The notes beneath the pieces are model-generated. The model did no database searches. It was not told the origin of the DNA and saw only the letters and a list, made by a program, of their open reading frames with translations. Position numbers and translations under genes: made by a program. 64,000 bases of DNA from an uncultured delta proteobacterium (GTDB taxonomy: Bacteria; Desulfobacterota; Desulfobacteria; Desulfobacterales; Desulfosalsimonadaceae): the NCBI GenBank assembly GCA_963826785.1, contig CAWGYD010000008.1, positions 96,001 through 160,000 of the forward strand. Reading direction: 5' to 3'. This document shows positions 19,898-33,720 of the stretch, piece after piece (position 1 is the stretch's first letter; each line of letters starts with the position of its first letter).

Positions 19898-22873
19898 ATG
19901 CGAAAAAAACTAAAACTTTTCATCGGGATGGTTCTCATCCTGATGGGATTGAACCGGTTTCATTTTCAGGAAGCACATGCCCTGGATTTCAATGGTGTAA
20001 TCGATGCCGACAGCCGTTGGACTACCGCGGACAGCCCCGTCCATATAACGGGCGACGTGCATGTCGAGCCGAACACCTCGTTGACGATTGAACCCGGTGT
20101 TGACGTAATTTTCAAATCACCCGCTGATATCGGGAAAGGATATTCCATCCGTGTCGATGGAACGCTGATCGCCCGGGGGAAAACACATCAACCCATTATA
20201 TTTACCGCAGAAGACAGATCCATACCCTGGGGGGCAATCCTCTTTGGCGACGAAAGCAGGGATTGGAATCAAACCACAACAAGCGGATGTATTTTAGAAT
20301 ATTGTGTCTTTGAATATGGCGGAAATGAACCCTCCGGCAAAGGCATGATCGTCGCCATTGATGCCGCGCCCTTTATCACCCGCAATGCAATCCGATTCGG
20401 TGCGGCTGCAGGTATTTCAGCATTGGTTTCAGATGATCCGGCAGCGGTATCCACCCTGAGCGGAAATATCCGGATCGTTTCCAACCAGATATATAACAAC
20501 CCAACCGGAATCCGGTTGCTGGCAGAGGGAGGAATCATCGAGGACAATTATTTCCTCAACAACGGTCAGGCAATCGATCTTCAGGTCCGCACCAATGATG
20601 TGACGATTTCCGATAATACCGTGGTGAGTTCGTCTTCCAACCGATCCGGGAGCGATATCCGGCTTCTATTAAATGAAGCGCACAGCGGGATAGCCGCTTA
20701 CCAGTGGCGGCAAACCGGAGGGACGCCCGTTGAACTGATCCATCCGCAAAACGCCCGGGCATCCTTTTTATCGCCCGATCCCGGCAATGGCGTGGAAAAT
20801 TTAACATTTGATCTGACCGTGACCAATAAAAACGGACTCCAGGCGCATGAAACAGTAAAGATCGACATTGTCGGCGAAAATCCGCCACCTGTTGCCAAAA
20901 CCGGTGCCGATCTCAATGTTCAGCTTCCCGAAGAAGAAGGTGAAGAATTGGTCATAATGCTCAGCGGGGAAAATTCCGTCGATCCTTACCTGGGAATAGT
21001 TAAATACGCATGGAAACAGACGGAAGGGATAACGGTAGATCTGCAGGGAGCCGATACCGTCGAACCGACGTTTACCGTTCCCGCATCCGTATCCGCCGGC
21101 GATCGAATGACCTTTCAATTGACAGTGACAGACCAGGCCGGACTGACCTCGACGGATTCAGTCGATATCATATTTTACGATGACAATATCTTCCCGGTTG
21201 CAGCAGCAGGCAATGATCAAAGGGTTTCTCAGGGAAATGCCGTTTTTCTCGATGGTTCCGCATCAAGAGATCCAGACGGCAGCATATCGGCATATGAGTG
21301 GGTACAGACAAACGGATTGCCGGTAAATCTGATCAATCCGAACACCGCAAAACCGCGCTTTGAACCACCCGAAGGAAGCAATGTTCCAGAAGTGCTGACT
21401 TTCAGATTGAAGGTTACGGATAATGGCGGACTGCAGGATTTCGATGATATCGCCGTCACCGTAAATGGCACCTTGACAGCCGGCGCCGAAATCAGCTTTT
21501 CTGACGATGGTATGATCATTCTGGATGGAAGTGCGTCTTTGGACCGGAACGCCGCCGCGACTGTCGATATTGTATCCAACAATTTTTTGGCAAAAGAGGC
21601 CGGCACGGGACTGCTGGCCATCACGGCCAATGAAAACGCCTCCTATGCTTTGAACGTTACCTGGAACAATCTCAACACCGACGAGAAGAAGGGTTATCTC
21701 GTCTATCTCCATGACTGGCCGATCGAATCATCAGCGCCCCTTGACATGCCGGGCAACTGGTGGGGCGTCAGTGACGCATTGACGATTGAATCCTTCATAT
21801 ATGATCAGGATGAAAATTATAGTTTACCGGCAGTGGAATTCCGCCCGTTTGCAGGGGGAAAAATACCCGGGATCGGATCATCACTTCCCTATCCCCCGCT
21901 TGCGGATGCCGGTCCCGATATGGAAGCGGTTACCGACACTTTAGTCACCCTGGATGGGAGCCGCTCCTATGATCCCGAGAACATCGCGCAATATCGATGG
22001 AAACAAACCGGGGGGCCGATGGTGGATCTCAAAAACGCGAACCAGGCGAAGGCTTCATTCATTGCCCCGCCCGGCGGCCCTGATGGGGCCGATCTTCAAT
22101 TCGAACTGAGTGTTTCAACCGACGGCGCTTTTACCCACAGCGATACGGCAAACGCCGCCATCAGGCCTGAAAGCGATCTTCCCACCGTAGACGTGGGCGG
22201 ATGTTTTATTCAAACGGCCGCATCCCAGCATCTGAATCATGCGCTTTTTCTCATTTTTCCAATTTTGATTCTGATAATTTTTTTAAACTTGCTGGCCCGG
22301 TTTTTATCACTGCGTTTCAAATTGCCGGCAGTATGTATTTTCCTGACGATGATGTTCATCATCGGGGCTCCCGCCCGGGCCGGATATCTTTCTGTGGGGG
22401 GCGGAGCCGGAGGAGATGCCGACGATTACAACGTAACACTTGAAACCGGCGCCAAAGATATCCGGGCCGGCAACCTTGATCTGTTGTTTGGTGTCGGAAT
22501 CTTTTTGATTCCCCATTCGGATGATGATTTCCCGGATGACACGATTTCCTTCCCATGCCCGAATGTGGATTGCATCCGATTCGACACCGCAAGAAAAGGA
22601 AATGAGGTCGGTTTCTTGGGAAAACTTGGGATTGAAATCGGGTCCAGCGATTTTTATGTGTCGGGCATCGGCGGATTTACGGCTTACACGGAAAGCGAAA
22701 TTTCCTTTTCACCTGCGACGGGCCGCTATTATGAAGAATCTTCGGACAGCACGGTCGAAGCGCTATATGGCGGCGGAATCAGCTATTTCATCGATCAAAA
22801 ATGGAAAATCGTTCTTGAAGTGGACTACGACAACATCCGGGGGGTAACCGGTTTGGCCGGTTTGCACTGGTAA
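19898..22873 (+). CDS. Large surface protein: beta-helix + PKD/REJ-like repeats + CFI-box-like motif/TM + small beta-barrel-like domain
   Basis: Signal peptide; repeats of YxWxQTxGxxVxL and LDGSxSxDP; GNWWG; GGCFIQTAA followed by two hydrophobic segments; Gly/aromatic strands ending in W. Confidence 0.7.
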   Translation: MRKKLKLFIGMVLILMGLNRFHFQEAHALDFNGVIDADSRWTTADSPVHITGDVHVEPNTSLTIEPGVDVIFKSPADIGKGYSIRVDGTLIARGKTHQPIIFTAEDRSIPWGAILFGDESRDWNQTTTSGCILEYCVFEYGGNEPSGKGMIVAIDAAPFITRNAIRFGAAAGISALVSDDPAAVSTLSGNIRIVSNQIYNNPTGIRLLAEGGIIEDNYFLNNGQAIDLQVRTNDVTISDNTVVSSSSNRSGSDIRLLLNEAHSGIAAYQWRQTGGTPVELIHPQNARASFLSPDPGNGVENLTFDLTVTNKNGLQAHETVKIDIVGENPPPVAKTGADLNVQLPEEEGEELVIMLSGENSVDPYLGIVKYAWKQTEGITVDLQGADTVEPTFTVPASVSAGDRMTFQLTVTDQAGLTSTDSVDIIFYDDNIFPVAAAGNDQRVSQGNAVFLDGSASRDPDGSISAYEWVQTNGLPVNLINPNTAKPRFEPPEGSNVPEVLTFRLKVTDNGGLQDFDDIAVTVNGTLTAGAEISFSDDGMIILDGSASLDRNAAATVDIVSNNFLAKEAGTGLLAITANENASYALNVTWNNLNTDEKKGYLVYLHDWPIESSAPLDMPGNWWGVSDALTIESFIYDQDENYSLPAVEFRPFAGGKIPGIGSSLPYPPLADAGPDMEAVTDTLVTLDGSRSYDPENIAQYRWKQTGGPMVDLKNANQAKASFIAPPGGPDGADLQFELSVSTDGAFTHSDTANAAIRPESDLPTVDVGGCFIQTAASQHLNHALFLIFPILILIIFLNLLARFLSLRFKLPAVCIFLTMMFIIGAPARAGYLSVGGGAGGDADDYNVTLETGAKDIRAGNLDLLFGVGIFLIPHSDDDFPDDTISFPCPNVDCIRFDTARKGNEVGFLGKLGIEIGSSDFYVSGIGGFTAYTESEISFSPATGRYYEESSDSTVEALYGGGISYFIDQKWKIVLEVDYDNIRGVTGLAGLHW

Positions 22874-22874
22874 T

Positions 22875-23525
22875 TCAATCAGGCGATGCGGATGCGATTT
22901 TTTCGATGGTGACGTTATATCCGGAAAGGGTGTCCGTGAGCGGCCGTCCGAATAAAAACAAGAGGATGTCGGCCGGCAGGTTCCCCTTCCCTGTGGCCAG
23001 TTTTCTATACTGCAGGTCCAGGTTGACCCATTCGGTCAGCCTGGAAGCGGCCTCCGGATTTCCGTTCTCCCGCTGCTCTACCCATTTTCTGATCTCTTCA
23101 TATGAACAGACCGACTCATGCGAGGAAACCAACTCCTTGAGCCATTGAATATGGCCGATTACGGCCAAACGGTCCACCCGGCCGCGGTCATACCCCTCCA
23201 TGATGCGGGCCGAATCCCAGCAGGCCTGCAGCCGGCATTCCAGTGGCCGGCCTTTATAAATGCGGCAGCCGTTTTCCTCCTCGATAAAATGGATGCACGT
23301 TTTTCCTTTCGGAATTGACCTGATTTTAACAATTTCATGCGCCATATCGATCCGGTGCCCGGCTACATTGTCATAGGCCCGCTCCCCTTTCCGGATGGTC
23401 ATCAGCATATCCAGTTCGATGGCCCCGCTTCGGATAAGGGGCAGGTCTTCTTCATGCAGCGCGGGCCCCCCTTTTCGGCAGCAGGTGCCGCAGCGGGTAC
23501 AGGCGGTAATCTGGTTTTCTTTCAT
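22875..23525 (-). CDS. YkgJ-family Cys-cluster (CxxCxxCC) protein
   Basis: CTRCGTCC, CIHF and CRIYKGRPLECR motifs. Confidence 0.85.
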   Translation of the reverse strand: MKENQITACTRCGTCCRKGGPALHEEDLPLIRSGAIELDMLMTIRKGERAYDNVAGHRIDMAHEIVKIRSIPKGKTCIHFIEEENGCRIYKGRPLECRLQACWDSARIMEGYDRGRVDRLAVIGHIQWLKELVSSHESVCSYEEIRKWVEQRENGNPEAASRLTEWVNLDLQYRKLATGKGNLPADILLFLFGRPLTDTLSGYNVTIEKIASASPD

Positions 23526-23550
23526 TTGACCTCGACACGTTCAAAAAAGC

Positions 23551-23578
23551 GGAGGCCGTTTGTGCACAAACGGCCTCC
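23551..23578 (-). terminator. Perfect 28-bp palindrome, probable terminator of por
   Basis: GGAGGCCGTTTGTGCACAAACGGCCTCC followed by GCTTTTTT on the minus strand. Confidence 0.6.
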
Positions 23579-23633
23579 TGTTTCATATTCAATTTATTCG
23601 AGATAATAAGGCATTGCTTCTCAAGCTTTAACA

Positions 23634-23735
23634 CCCCCCTGCCCCCCTCAAGGGGGGATTCCCCCCCGTGTCCCCCCTGCCCCCCTCAAGGGGGGATTTC
23701 CCCCCGTGTCCCCCCTGCCCCCCCTCAAGGGGGGA
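23634..23735. repeat. Tandem 38-bp GC-hairpin repeat (~2.7 units)
   Basis: Unit CCCCCCTGCCCCCCTCAAGGGGGGATTYCCCCCCGTGT starting at 23634, 23672 and 23710. Confidence 0.85.
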
Positions 23736-23804
23736 ATATCGGGAAGGAAGGAGACAGGGGGATGTTTGCGGCTCTTTTAAAAAGGCTTCAAGTTTTAAGC
23801 GATA

Positions 23805-27377
<3,573 letters not shown>

Positions 27378-27642
27378 TTACTCCGTTTCTGAAATTAACA
27401 TCATATATAAATCTTTTTGGATTGGTGAAAACATAATCCGAAAACTTAAAATTGTAAAATTTATCTTAAAACTGGCCGCATGTAAATGAAAAATTGAACG
27501 TTTGGCATCGGGAGTCAGCGCCCGAACCTGAATGGAGGCTGCAGGTGGTAAATCAAAGCCAGGCGCAAGCCCTGCGGGTCGCCCGTCTGGGCCGAAAAGC
27601 GTCTGAAAATGCAGAATTGGCGCAGAAGCGGTCTATCCCGTG

Positions 27643-29154
27643 CTACTCCACCCGGTAGAGCAGATCGATATAGCGCTCCATGATCTGTCCCACCAGCCCC
27701 CGCACCGGGATGGTGGCCGCCATCCCGTACACCGGTGCCATGGGGCCGGATTCGTCGGGATGCTTCCGGACATGCGCTTCGGCCTCCGCCAGATCCGCGA
27801 TGAACCGCTCGGCCACGCCCGGCTGCGTGTGCCTCAGGGTCACGCAGATATGCACGCAGGGCGGTTTGTGCAGACCGTTCAAGCTCCAGCCCTTCTCCCC
27901 CATCCGATCCATGATCTGATAAATATTGGCATCTTTTGCATCAAAGGCGATCACCCACAAGGGGTCGCCCAGGATGTTCAGACCGGGGATATTCTGGATT
28001 CCCGCCTTGATCTTGTCGGCACTCGACAGGATCTTTTCCGTGGCGGACAGATATCCGGATTCCCCCATGGACACCAGGGCCGCCCAGCAGGCGGCGCTCA
28101 GCGCACCCGGCCGGCTGCCGGCAAAAGTGGGGGAAAAATACAGGCCGCCGGGCCAGTCGGTAATGGTGAAATACTGGTAATGCCGCAGGTCCGTGCCCCT
28201 ATACAGCACCACCGATGTCCCTTTGGCGGCATACCCGTATTTGTGGGTATCCGCGGACATGGAGGTCACCCCGGGAAGACTGAAATCAAAAGGGGGCACC
28301 GCATAGCCGAGTTTTTCTGCAAAGGGGAGCACAAACCCGCCCAGGCAGGCGTCCGTGTGAAATCCGATCCCCTTTTTCAATGCGATCTCCGAGAGTTCGG
28401 AAATGGGGTCAACCGCGCCATGGGGGAACGAGGGGGCCGACCCCACCATCACGATGGTGTTTTTGGTGACTGCCTTTTCAGCGGCGGCCGCATCGGCACG
28501 AAAATTCGCATCCACCGGGATATGGATGATCTTGATGTTGAAGTATTGGGCAGCCTTGTCAAAGGCCGCATGGGCGGTAACCGGTACGATCATCTCGGGG
28601 GAGCGGATGTTTTTCTCTTTGCGGGCCTTGTCCCGGTAGGTCTTCATGGCCAGCAGGATGCTTTCGGTTCCGCCCGAGGAAACCGTCCCGCAGATCTCGC
28701 CATCCGTCTTGTCCGCCCCCAGCATCCGGGCGGTCATGGAGACGATTTCCGCTTCGTACTTGGCCCCGCTGGGCCAGACGTCGGAATGAAGCGGGTTGCT
28801 CTGGGAATTTAAGCTGTAAACCCGATTTAAAAAATCGATGTGCGCCTCGTCTCCATGATAGACCGCCCCCGAGACAAACCCGTCTTTCCATTTGCCCACC
28901 TCTTTTTGATGGATATCTTCCATCAGGGCAATAATCCGGTCCCGCTCCACCCCGGTCTCCGGCAGGCTGGCAAACTGCGCCACGCTGCCGCGGTAAGGTT
29001 TGACCGTGGTTTCGATCTGGGCCATCATTTCGTTGACCTGATTTTCGATTGCCCTTGCCACAAAGGGAATCCGTCTGATGGAATTAAACGCCCGGGCCGC
29101 CATTTTGGGGGGAAGCCGGTAAAGTGATTTTTCCAGAAACCGCTGAAGCCCCAA
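27643..29154 (-). CDS. Sphingosine-1-phosphate-lyase-like PLP enzyme (group II decarboxylase fold)
   Basis: [43 protein letters not shown] (PLP Lys), WPGGLY.SPT.AGSRPG and MAPVYG motifs. Confidence 0.85.
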   Translation of the reverse strand: MGLQRFLEKSLYRLPPKMAARAFNSIRRIPFVARAIENQVNEMMAQIETTVKPYRGSVAQFASLPETGVERDRIIALMEDIHQKEVGKWKDGFVSGAVYHGDEAHIDFLNRVYSLNSQSNPLHSDVWPSGAKYEAEIVSMTARMLGADKTDGEICGTVSSGGTESILLAMKTYRDKARKEKNIRSPEMIVPVTAHAAFDKAAQYFNIKIIHIPVDANFRADAAAAEKAVTKNTIVMVGSAPSFPHGAVDPISELSEIALKKGIGFHTDACLGGFVLPFAEKLGYAVPPFDFSLPGVTSMSADTHKYGYAAKGTSVVLYRGTDLRHYQYFTITDWPGGLYFSPTFAGSRPGALSAACWAALVSMGESGYLSATEKILSSADKIKAGIQNIPGLNILGDPLWVIAFDAKDANIYQIMDRMGEKGWSLNGLHKPPCVHICVTLRHTQPGVAERFIADLAEAEAHVRKHPDESGPMAPVYGMAATIPVRGLVGQIMERYIDLLYRVE

Positions 29155-29293
29155 TCCGCACCTCCGCTTTGATGATAAAACCCAGAAAATAACGTAAATA
29201 TCGCCCCCCCTTGCAGGCAGGAATCATCCCACCGCAAGAGAGGATCTAAGAAGTGTCATGGTCTTTGTGCCCTTCGTGGTGAATACCTGTTTT

Positions 29294-30877
29294 TCAGACG
29301 CGATTCAGTGTTCTGTAGATTTTTTTGTTTTTGCGATAGATCTGCTTGAACTGCGCAAACAGCCGGTCGTAAATGTCCCGGTTGGCCGGGTCGGGATCAT
29401 AGGTGTTTGCCACCTCCACCGTTGCCGGAATATCCTTGTAGTCCATGTATCCCAGGGCGACTGCCGCCAGGAGGGCTGCGCCCCGAACGTTTGCCAGAAG
29501 CGGCTGTTTGACCTGGCGGATGCTCCGGTTAAAAACATCCGCATGGATTCTGCACCAGATGTCCGATGCGCCCCCCCCGCCGATCATGCGGATGGGATCG
29601 AGGCGCTTCTTGGTAAACCGTTCAACAGCCGACAGGAGCCACCGGCCATTGAAGGCCACCCCTTCCAGCACGGCCCGGATCATGTGGGCCCGGGTGGTTT
29701 CGAGGGACTGGTTGAAAAAACCGCCCCGGACGAAAGGGTCATCCAAGGGGGTGCGTTCGCCGTACAGCCAGGGGGTAAAGATGACGTTTCCGCTGCCCGG
29801 GGGAACGGTGGCCGCCACCTGGTCGAACCGCTTGTAGACATCGGACGGACAGGGTCCTGTGCACAGGGCGTCATTGTGAAAGAAGAGGTTGTCCCGTAAA
29901 AAAGTAAGGCAGGCCCCGGCGGTTTCCTGCTCGTTGGCCACGAAATACCGGCCCGGAATGGCCGAGGGCAGCGAAGCGATTCCGGAGGCGAGATCGGTTT
30001 TCTTGTAGGGCACATGGCAGGTCAGCCAGGATGAGGTCCCGATATAAAAATGTGCCTCAAAATCATTGACCCCTCCGGACCCCACGGCCGCGGCCTGAAC
30101 GTCCGGGGTCCCCATGACCACTTTCACATCAGCGCCCAGTCCCAGTTCGGCAGCCAGTTCTTTCTGGAGGGGGCCCAGAATCGCGTTGGCGCCCTTAAGC
30201 TCGGGGAGTTTATCCCCGTCGATGGTGGACATGGACACCAGCTTATCATCATAACAGATGTGGTTGATATCCCGGTTGTCCGTCACCCAGTGCAGGGTGA
30301 TGGAATCCACGGAGGCGGCAAACCGGCCGGTGAGCCGAAAATTGATATAATCCTTGGGCTCCAGAAACTTGAAGGTCCGCCGATAGATGTCCGGGTGGCG
30401 GTTTTTGATGTAGAGTATATGGGCGATGGGGTCCTTGCCCGAATGGCTGGGCGCCCCGCCGGTAAGCCGCAGCCAGCGCTGCAGTTTACCGATGCCGTAG
30501 CCCTCGATCTTTACCAGTCCGCCGGTGATCTTTCTGATGTACGGGCTCCCCCGGGAATCCAGCCAGATCAGGGCGTTCATCAGGGGGGTGCCGTCGCGGT
30601 CGACGGCCACGGTGCCGGACCACTGGGTGGAGCAGCTGACCGCCACGATATCTTCCGGCGGCACCCGTTTTTTTGAAAGCAGCACCTTGAAGGTTTCAAG
30701 AATCGAATTCCACCACTGGGCCGGTTCCTGTTCAGCCCCGCCGTCGGGGAGCAGGTGTACGCGGTTCTCGACGAACGTGTGGTCGATGATTTCACCCCGG
30801 GTGGATACCAGTGCGGATTTCGGACCGGATGTCCCCAGATCCACGGCCAGAATATACTTTTTCTTTTCCTGAGCCAT
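29294..30877 (-). CDS. FGGY-family carbohydrate kinase (xylulokinase-like)
   Basis: LAVDLGTSGPK, WLDSR, IGTSSW, GERTP, RAVLEGVA and GGGGAS motifs. Confidence 0.9.
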   Translation of the reverse strand: MAQEKKKYILAVDLGTSGPKSALVSTRGEIIDHTFVENRVHLLPDGGAEQEPAQWWNSILETFKVLLSKKRVPPEDIVAVSCSTQWSGTVAVDRDGTPLMNALIWLDSRGSPYIRKITGGLVKIEGYGIGKLQRWLRLTGGAPSHSGKDPIAHILYIKNRHPDIYRRTFKFLEPKDYINFRLTGRFAASVDSITLHWVTDNRDINHICYDDKLVSMSTIDGDKLPELKGANAILGPLQKELAAELGLGADVKVVMGTPDVQAAAVGSGGVNDFEAHFYIGTSSWLTCHVPYKKTDLASGIASLPSAIPGRYFVANEQETAGACLTFLRDNLFFHNDALCTGPCPSDVYKRFDQVAATVPPGSGNVIFTPWLYGERTPLDDPFVRGGFFNQSLETTRAHMIRAVLEGVAFNGRWLLSAVERFTKKRLDPIRMIGGGGASDIWCRIHADVFNRSIRQVKQPLLANVRGAALLAAVALGYMDYKDIPATVEVANTYDPDPANRDIYDRLFAQFKQIYRKNKKIYRTLNRV

Positions 30878-30938
30878 GCCCCCCCTAAGCTATTTGAATA
30901 GTTGGCTGCTGATATTTCCGGTAATTTGATTCAATAGA

Positions 30939-31190
30939 AAGCTACCGACCCCGGTGTGCGGTGTTTTTATAGAAAGGAGCTATCGAATCGTAACGGCCGC
31001 CGCCGGCACACCCCCCTTTAATTCCCCCCTCAAGGGGGGACTCCTTTTTTATTCCCCCCTGCGAGGGGGGACCAAGGGGGGTGTTGGGCCTGTGGATTAC
31101 AAAAATTGAAGTCACTTCATCTGTTTGCCAAGTTGAGTCGCTTGGAAGCTCCCCGCCCCGCTGTGCGGTATTATTGCAGTGAGGAACTTG
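30939..31190. repeat. Dispersed repeat homologous to 14666-14860
   Basis: Shares the ..CCCCGSTGYGCGGTGTTTT..TCGAATCGYAACGGCC..CACACCCCCCTTT..TTCCCCCCTCAAGGGGGGA.. sequence. A third partial leader starts at 31146. Confidence 0.75.
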
Positions 31191-31201
31191 CGGTCTCCCT
31201 T

Positions 31202-31795
31202 TCAGGGAATGTTGTTGTCATACAGGAAGGAAAATGTTTCAGAATGTTCGATGCCGATCAGCTTGATGGTCAAATCAACGGGGCCATCGACACCTGCAAG
31301 CACTTCATCCAGATCGACCACGCCTTCGGCATTGGTGGGCGCCCTCCTGTCGAGTCCGGCCTCTGCATTCTGGATGATCAGCACTTCCTCGTCTGCCGGC
31401 TGCGGGGTCCCGCATGCAACGGTTTCCCCCGTATCATAGGTGCCCAGCTTTTCCACCCGGCGGCTTTGTTCAACGATGGCATAGGAGCGGAGCATGTCAA
31501 AGAGGCCCAGCCCGAAAAACGGCATTTCCAGAATCGCCAGATACAACCCCCGCCGCTGTTTTGCCGTCACCCGCAGCTTTTCTATTTTTTCATTGCACAT
31601 GGGCGTTTTCTCAACGACGATCCGGTTTCCCATGGCGTGGTAATCGTAATCGAATTTGCTGAAATCGCCTGCAATGGTTTCGCCGTTTTTGAGTTCCGAT
31701 TTTGCAGGCCCCACATAGGTAAGGAAACTGGAGCATCCGGAAACGCAGAAGGAAAATATCAGAAAAATAAAAACCTGCAGTGCGTTTCGTCCCAT
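31202..31795 (-). CDS. Hypothetical lipoprotein
   Basis: MGRNALQ..FCVSGC lipobox and an internal hydrophobic segment. Confidence 0.65.
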   Translation of the reverse strand: MGRNALQVFIFLIFSFCVSGCSSFLTYVGPAKSELKNGETIAGDFSKFDYDYHAMGNRIVVEKTPMCNEKIEKLRVTAKQRRGLYLAILEMPFFGLGLFDMLRSYAIVEQSRRVEKLGTYDTGETVACGTPQPADEEVLIIQNAEAGLDRRAPTNAEGVVDLDEVLAGVDGPVDLTIKLIGIEHSETFSFLYDNNIP

Positions 31796-31927
31796 TTCTT
31801 CCCCCTTTTTTTGAATCCGGCCAACATGCCTGAAATTTGACAGCGGTGTAAAAAATCTGTACAAATATCAATAGCTCATATCACAATCATACGAATGTCA
31901 CAACCCCCAAATCAAAAGGGAGTTCTT

Positions 31928-32365
31928 ATGAAAAGGAAACATCTGATCTGCGTCTGCCTGTTTTTTCTCCTTGGCGCCGGCTGTCTGACCGAACCGCCGG
32001 GGCAGACCCTCACCGACGATCCCGGCCCATTCCCCCAGGATTACCAGAAGATCATCCTCTGTTACCTGAATTACTACCTGGATGATCCCGGGAGCCTCAA
32101 AGATTTCGAAATTACCAAGCCGCCGGAAATCGTCACCGTCGACACGTTTTACCCCTTCATCCCGTTAAGCGAGGGACAAAAGGTGTGGGAAGCCTTTATC
32201 GTATTCAACGCCCGGAATGAAAGCGGAGAATACACCGGCCGGGATCTTCATGTCGTCTGGATCCGGCATCATAAAATCGTCGCCTTTGACTACAAGGACA
32301 TCGATTACGGATACAGCGTCAAACAGCGGCTGGGGGATCCGTGCGCGTCCGGTGAGCGGGGCTGA
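31928..32365 (+). CDS. Hypothetical lipoprotein
   Basis: GGGAG RBS, MKRK..LLGAGC lipobox, LDDPGS and NARNESGEYTG motifs. Confidence 0.7.
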   Translation: MKRKHLICVCLFFLLGAGCLTEPPGQTLTDDPGPFPQDYQKIILCYLNYYLDDPGSLKDFEITKPPEIVTVDTFYPFIPLSEGQKVWEAFIVFNARNESGEYTGRDLHVVWIRHHKIVAFDYKDIDYGYSVKQRLGDPCASGERG

Positions 32366-32474
32366 GAATCCGAAAATTTCCTCCCGGCCGCCGGCGTATC
32401 GTCAAAAAAACGCTTTCATCACTCGATTTTAAATAAGATAAGCGAAATGAACAGGATTGGCAAAAAGATGCGGG

Positions 32475-33323
32475 CTATTTCAGGAGATCGCCGTAGGCAT
32501 GCTCCAGTGATACGAATTCCGAAACATCCAGTGTTTCCGCCCGCCGGGAGGGATCGATGCCGGCGGCCAGCAGCACCGCTTCCACCATCTGCTCGGACAT
32601 GGGCAGTTCTCCGCTTTTCAAGGCATTTTTCAGCGTCTTTCGCCGCTTGCCGAATGCCGCCTTGACGATCTGGGAAAAAACAGCCTCGTCATAGACCGGA
32701 TCGTCGATGGTTTCTTTAAACCGGATTTCGATCACCTCGGAAGCCACCTTGGGCCGGGGGTAGAAAAGATGGGGGGCGACGGTGGCGATGCTTTTCAGAT
32801 CCGCGCAGTATTGAAGCATCACCGACAGCCGGCCGTATTCCTTGGTCCCGGGGACAGCCTTCAGGCGCTGAACCACCTCCTTCTGAAACATCAACACCGC
32901 CCGGTCTATCAGCCGGCGAAGATGGATCAGCCTGATCAACACCTGGGAAGAAATGTTGTAGGGAAGATTTCCAAGAACCACCAGTTTCTCCCCTTCCCCT
33001 ACAGCCAATGCGGAAATGTCCACATCAAAAATGTCTTGATTGATCAGCACCACGTTTTCCCGGTGCAAATTTTCAAGCTCATTTCTCAGCACGGCGGCCA
33101 TCCGGTCATCTTTTTCCACGGCGTACACCCGTGAAACGATTTCGGAGGCCGGCAGGGTCAGGGCGCCGAGCCCGGCCCCGATCTCCAGGACGACATCATC
33201 GGAATAAAGTCCGGAGCGCCGCAGCAGCATCAGTGCGGTGGACGGATCTGCCAGGAAATTCTGGCCCAGCTGTTTTCGGGGCCTCAATTGAAATGATTGC
33301 AGCAGGGTTTTGGGTGAAGTCAT
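32475..33323 (-). CDS. rsmA: 16S rRNA m6(2)A1518/1519 dimethyltransferase
   Basis: KQLGQNFL, LEIGAGLGALT, GNLPYNISS, QKEV and RRAETL motifs. Start may be 33338. Confidence 0.95.
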   Translation of the reverse strand: MTSPKTLLQSFQLRPRKQLGQNFLADPSTALMLLRRSGLYSDDVVLEIGAGLGALTLPASEIVSRVYAVEKDDRMAAVLRNELENLHRENVVLINQDIFDVDISALAVGEGEKLVVLGNLPYNISSQVLIRLIHLRRLIDRAVLMFQKEVVQRLKAVPGTKEYGRLSVMLQYCADLKSIATVAPHLFYPRPKVASEVIEIRFKETIDDPVYDEAVFSQIVKAAFGKRRKTLKNALKSGELPMSEQMVEAVLLAAGIDPSRRAETLDVSEFVSLEHAYGDLLK

Positions 33324-33720
33324 TTGCCATCCCGTCATAGAAGTTCCCTTTTCATTTTACCGGCAGCCTATACCATGTTGAGACTACAAGCCATCTCAAA
33401 AAAACATCTAACCTCCATTAGCTGCGTTATGGACCTTTTCAAAATACTCACATATATGAGATATGCTCCGTTTTTTCATCGGCCCATGCCTTTGCTCTTG
33501 GGGGCGATCTGCTTTTTTGAGATGGCTTGTAAAGCGCATATTCTTTTTTAATTTTCAATAGTCATTGCCAAGTCCGCCGATAATAAAATTAGCCATTCCG
33601 CGATTTATCTGGTATGGGTCCCCAGGATCGTTCGCGCCATTTGCGATTTTATTCCGCATCCTTACCTTATTGGAGAGTTTAATTTCACATAGAAAGGACC
33701 CGCATACGGTTATGGAAAAG

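Noticed and set aside
23634..23735. Possible CRISPR array
   Set aside because: Contiguous tandem units without unique spacers, and no cas genes.
31847..31863. TGTAAAAAATCTGTACA as another PEP-CTERM box
   Set aside because: The right half differs and I found no sigma-54 site or PEP-CTERM gene nearby; it may be an unrelated operator.
33565..33720. N-terminal extensions in the ORF track (also etfA, rsmI, trmD and the PEP-CTERM genes)
   Set aside because: Upstream alternative starts lack homology-like sequence; downstream ATGs fit the family N-termini better.
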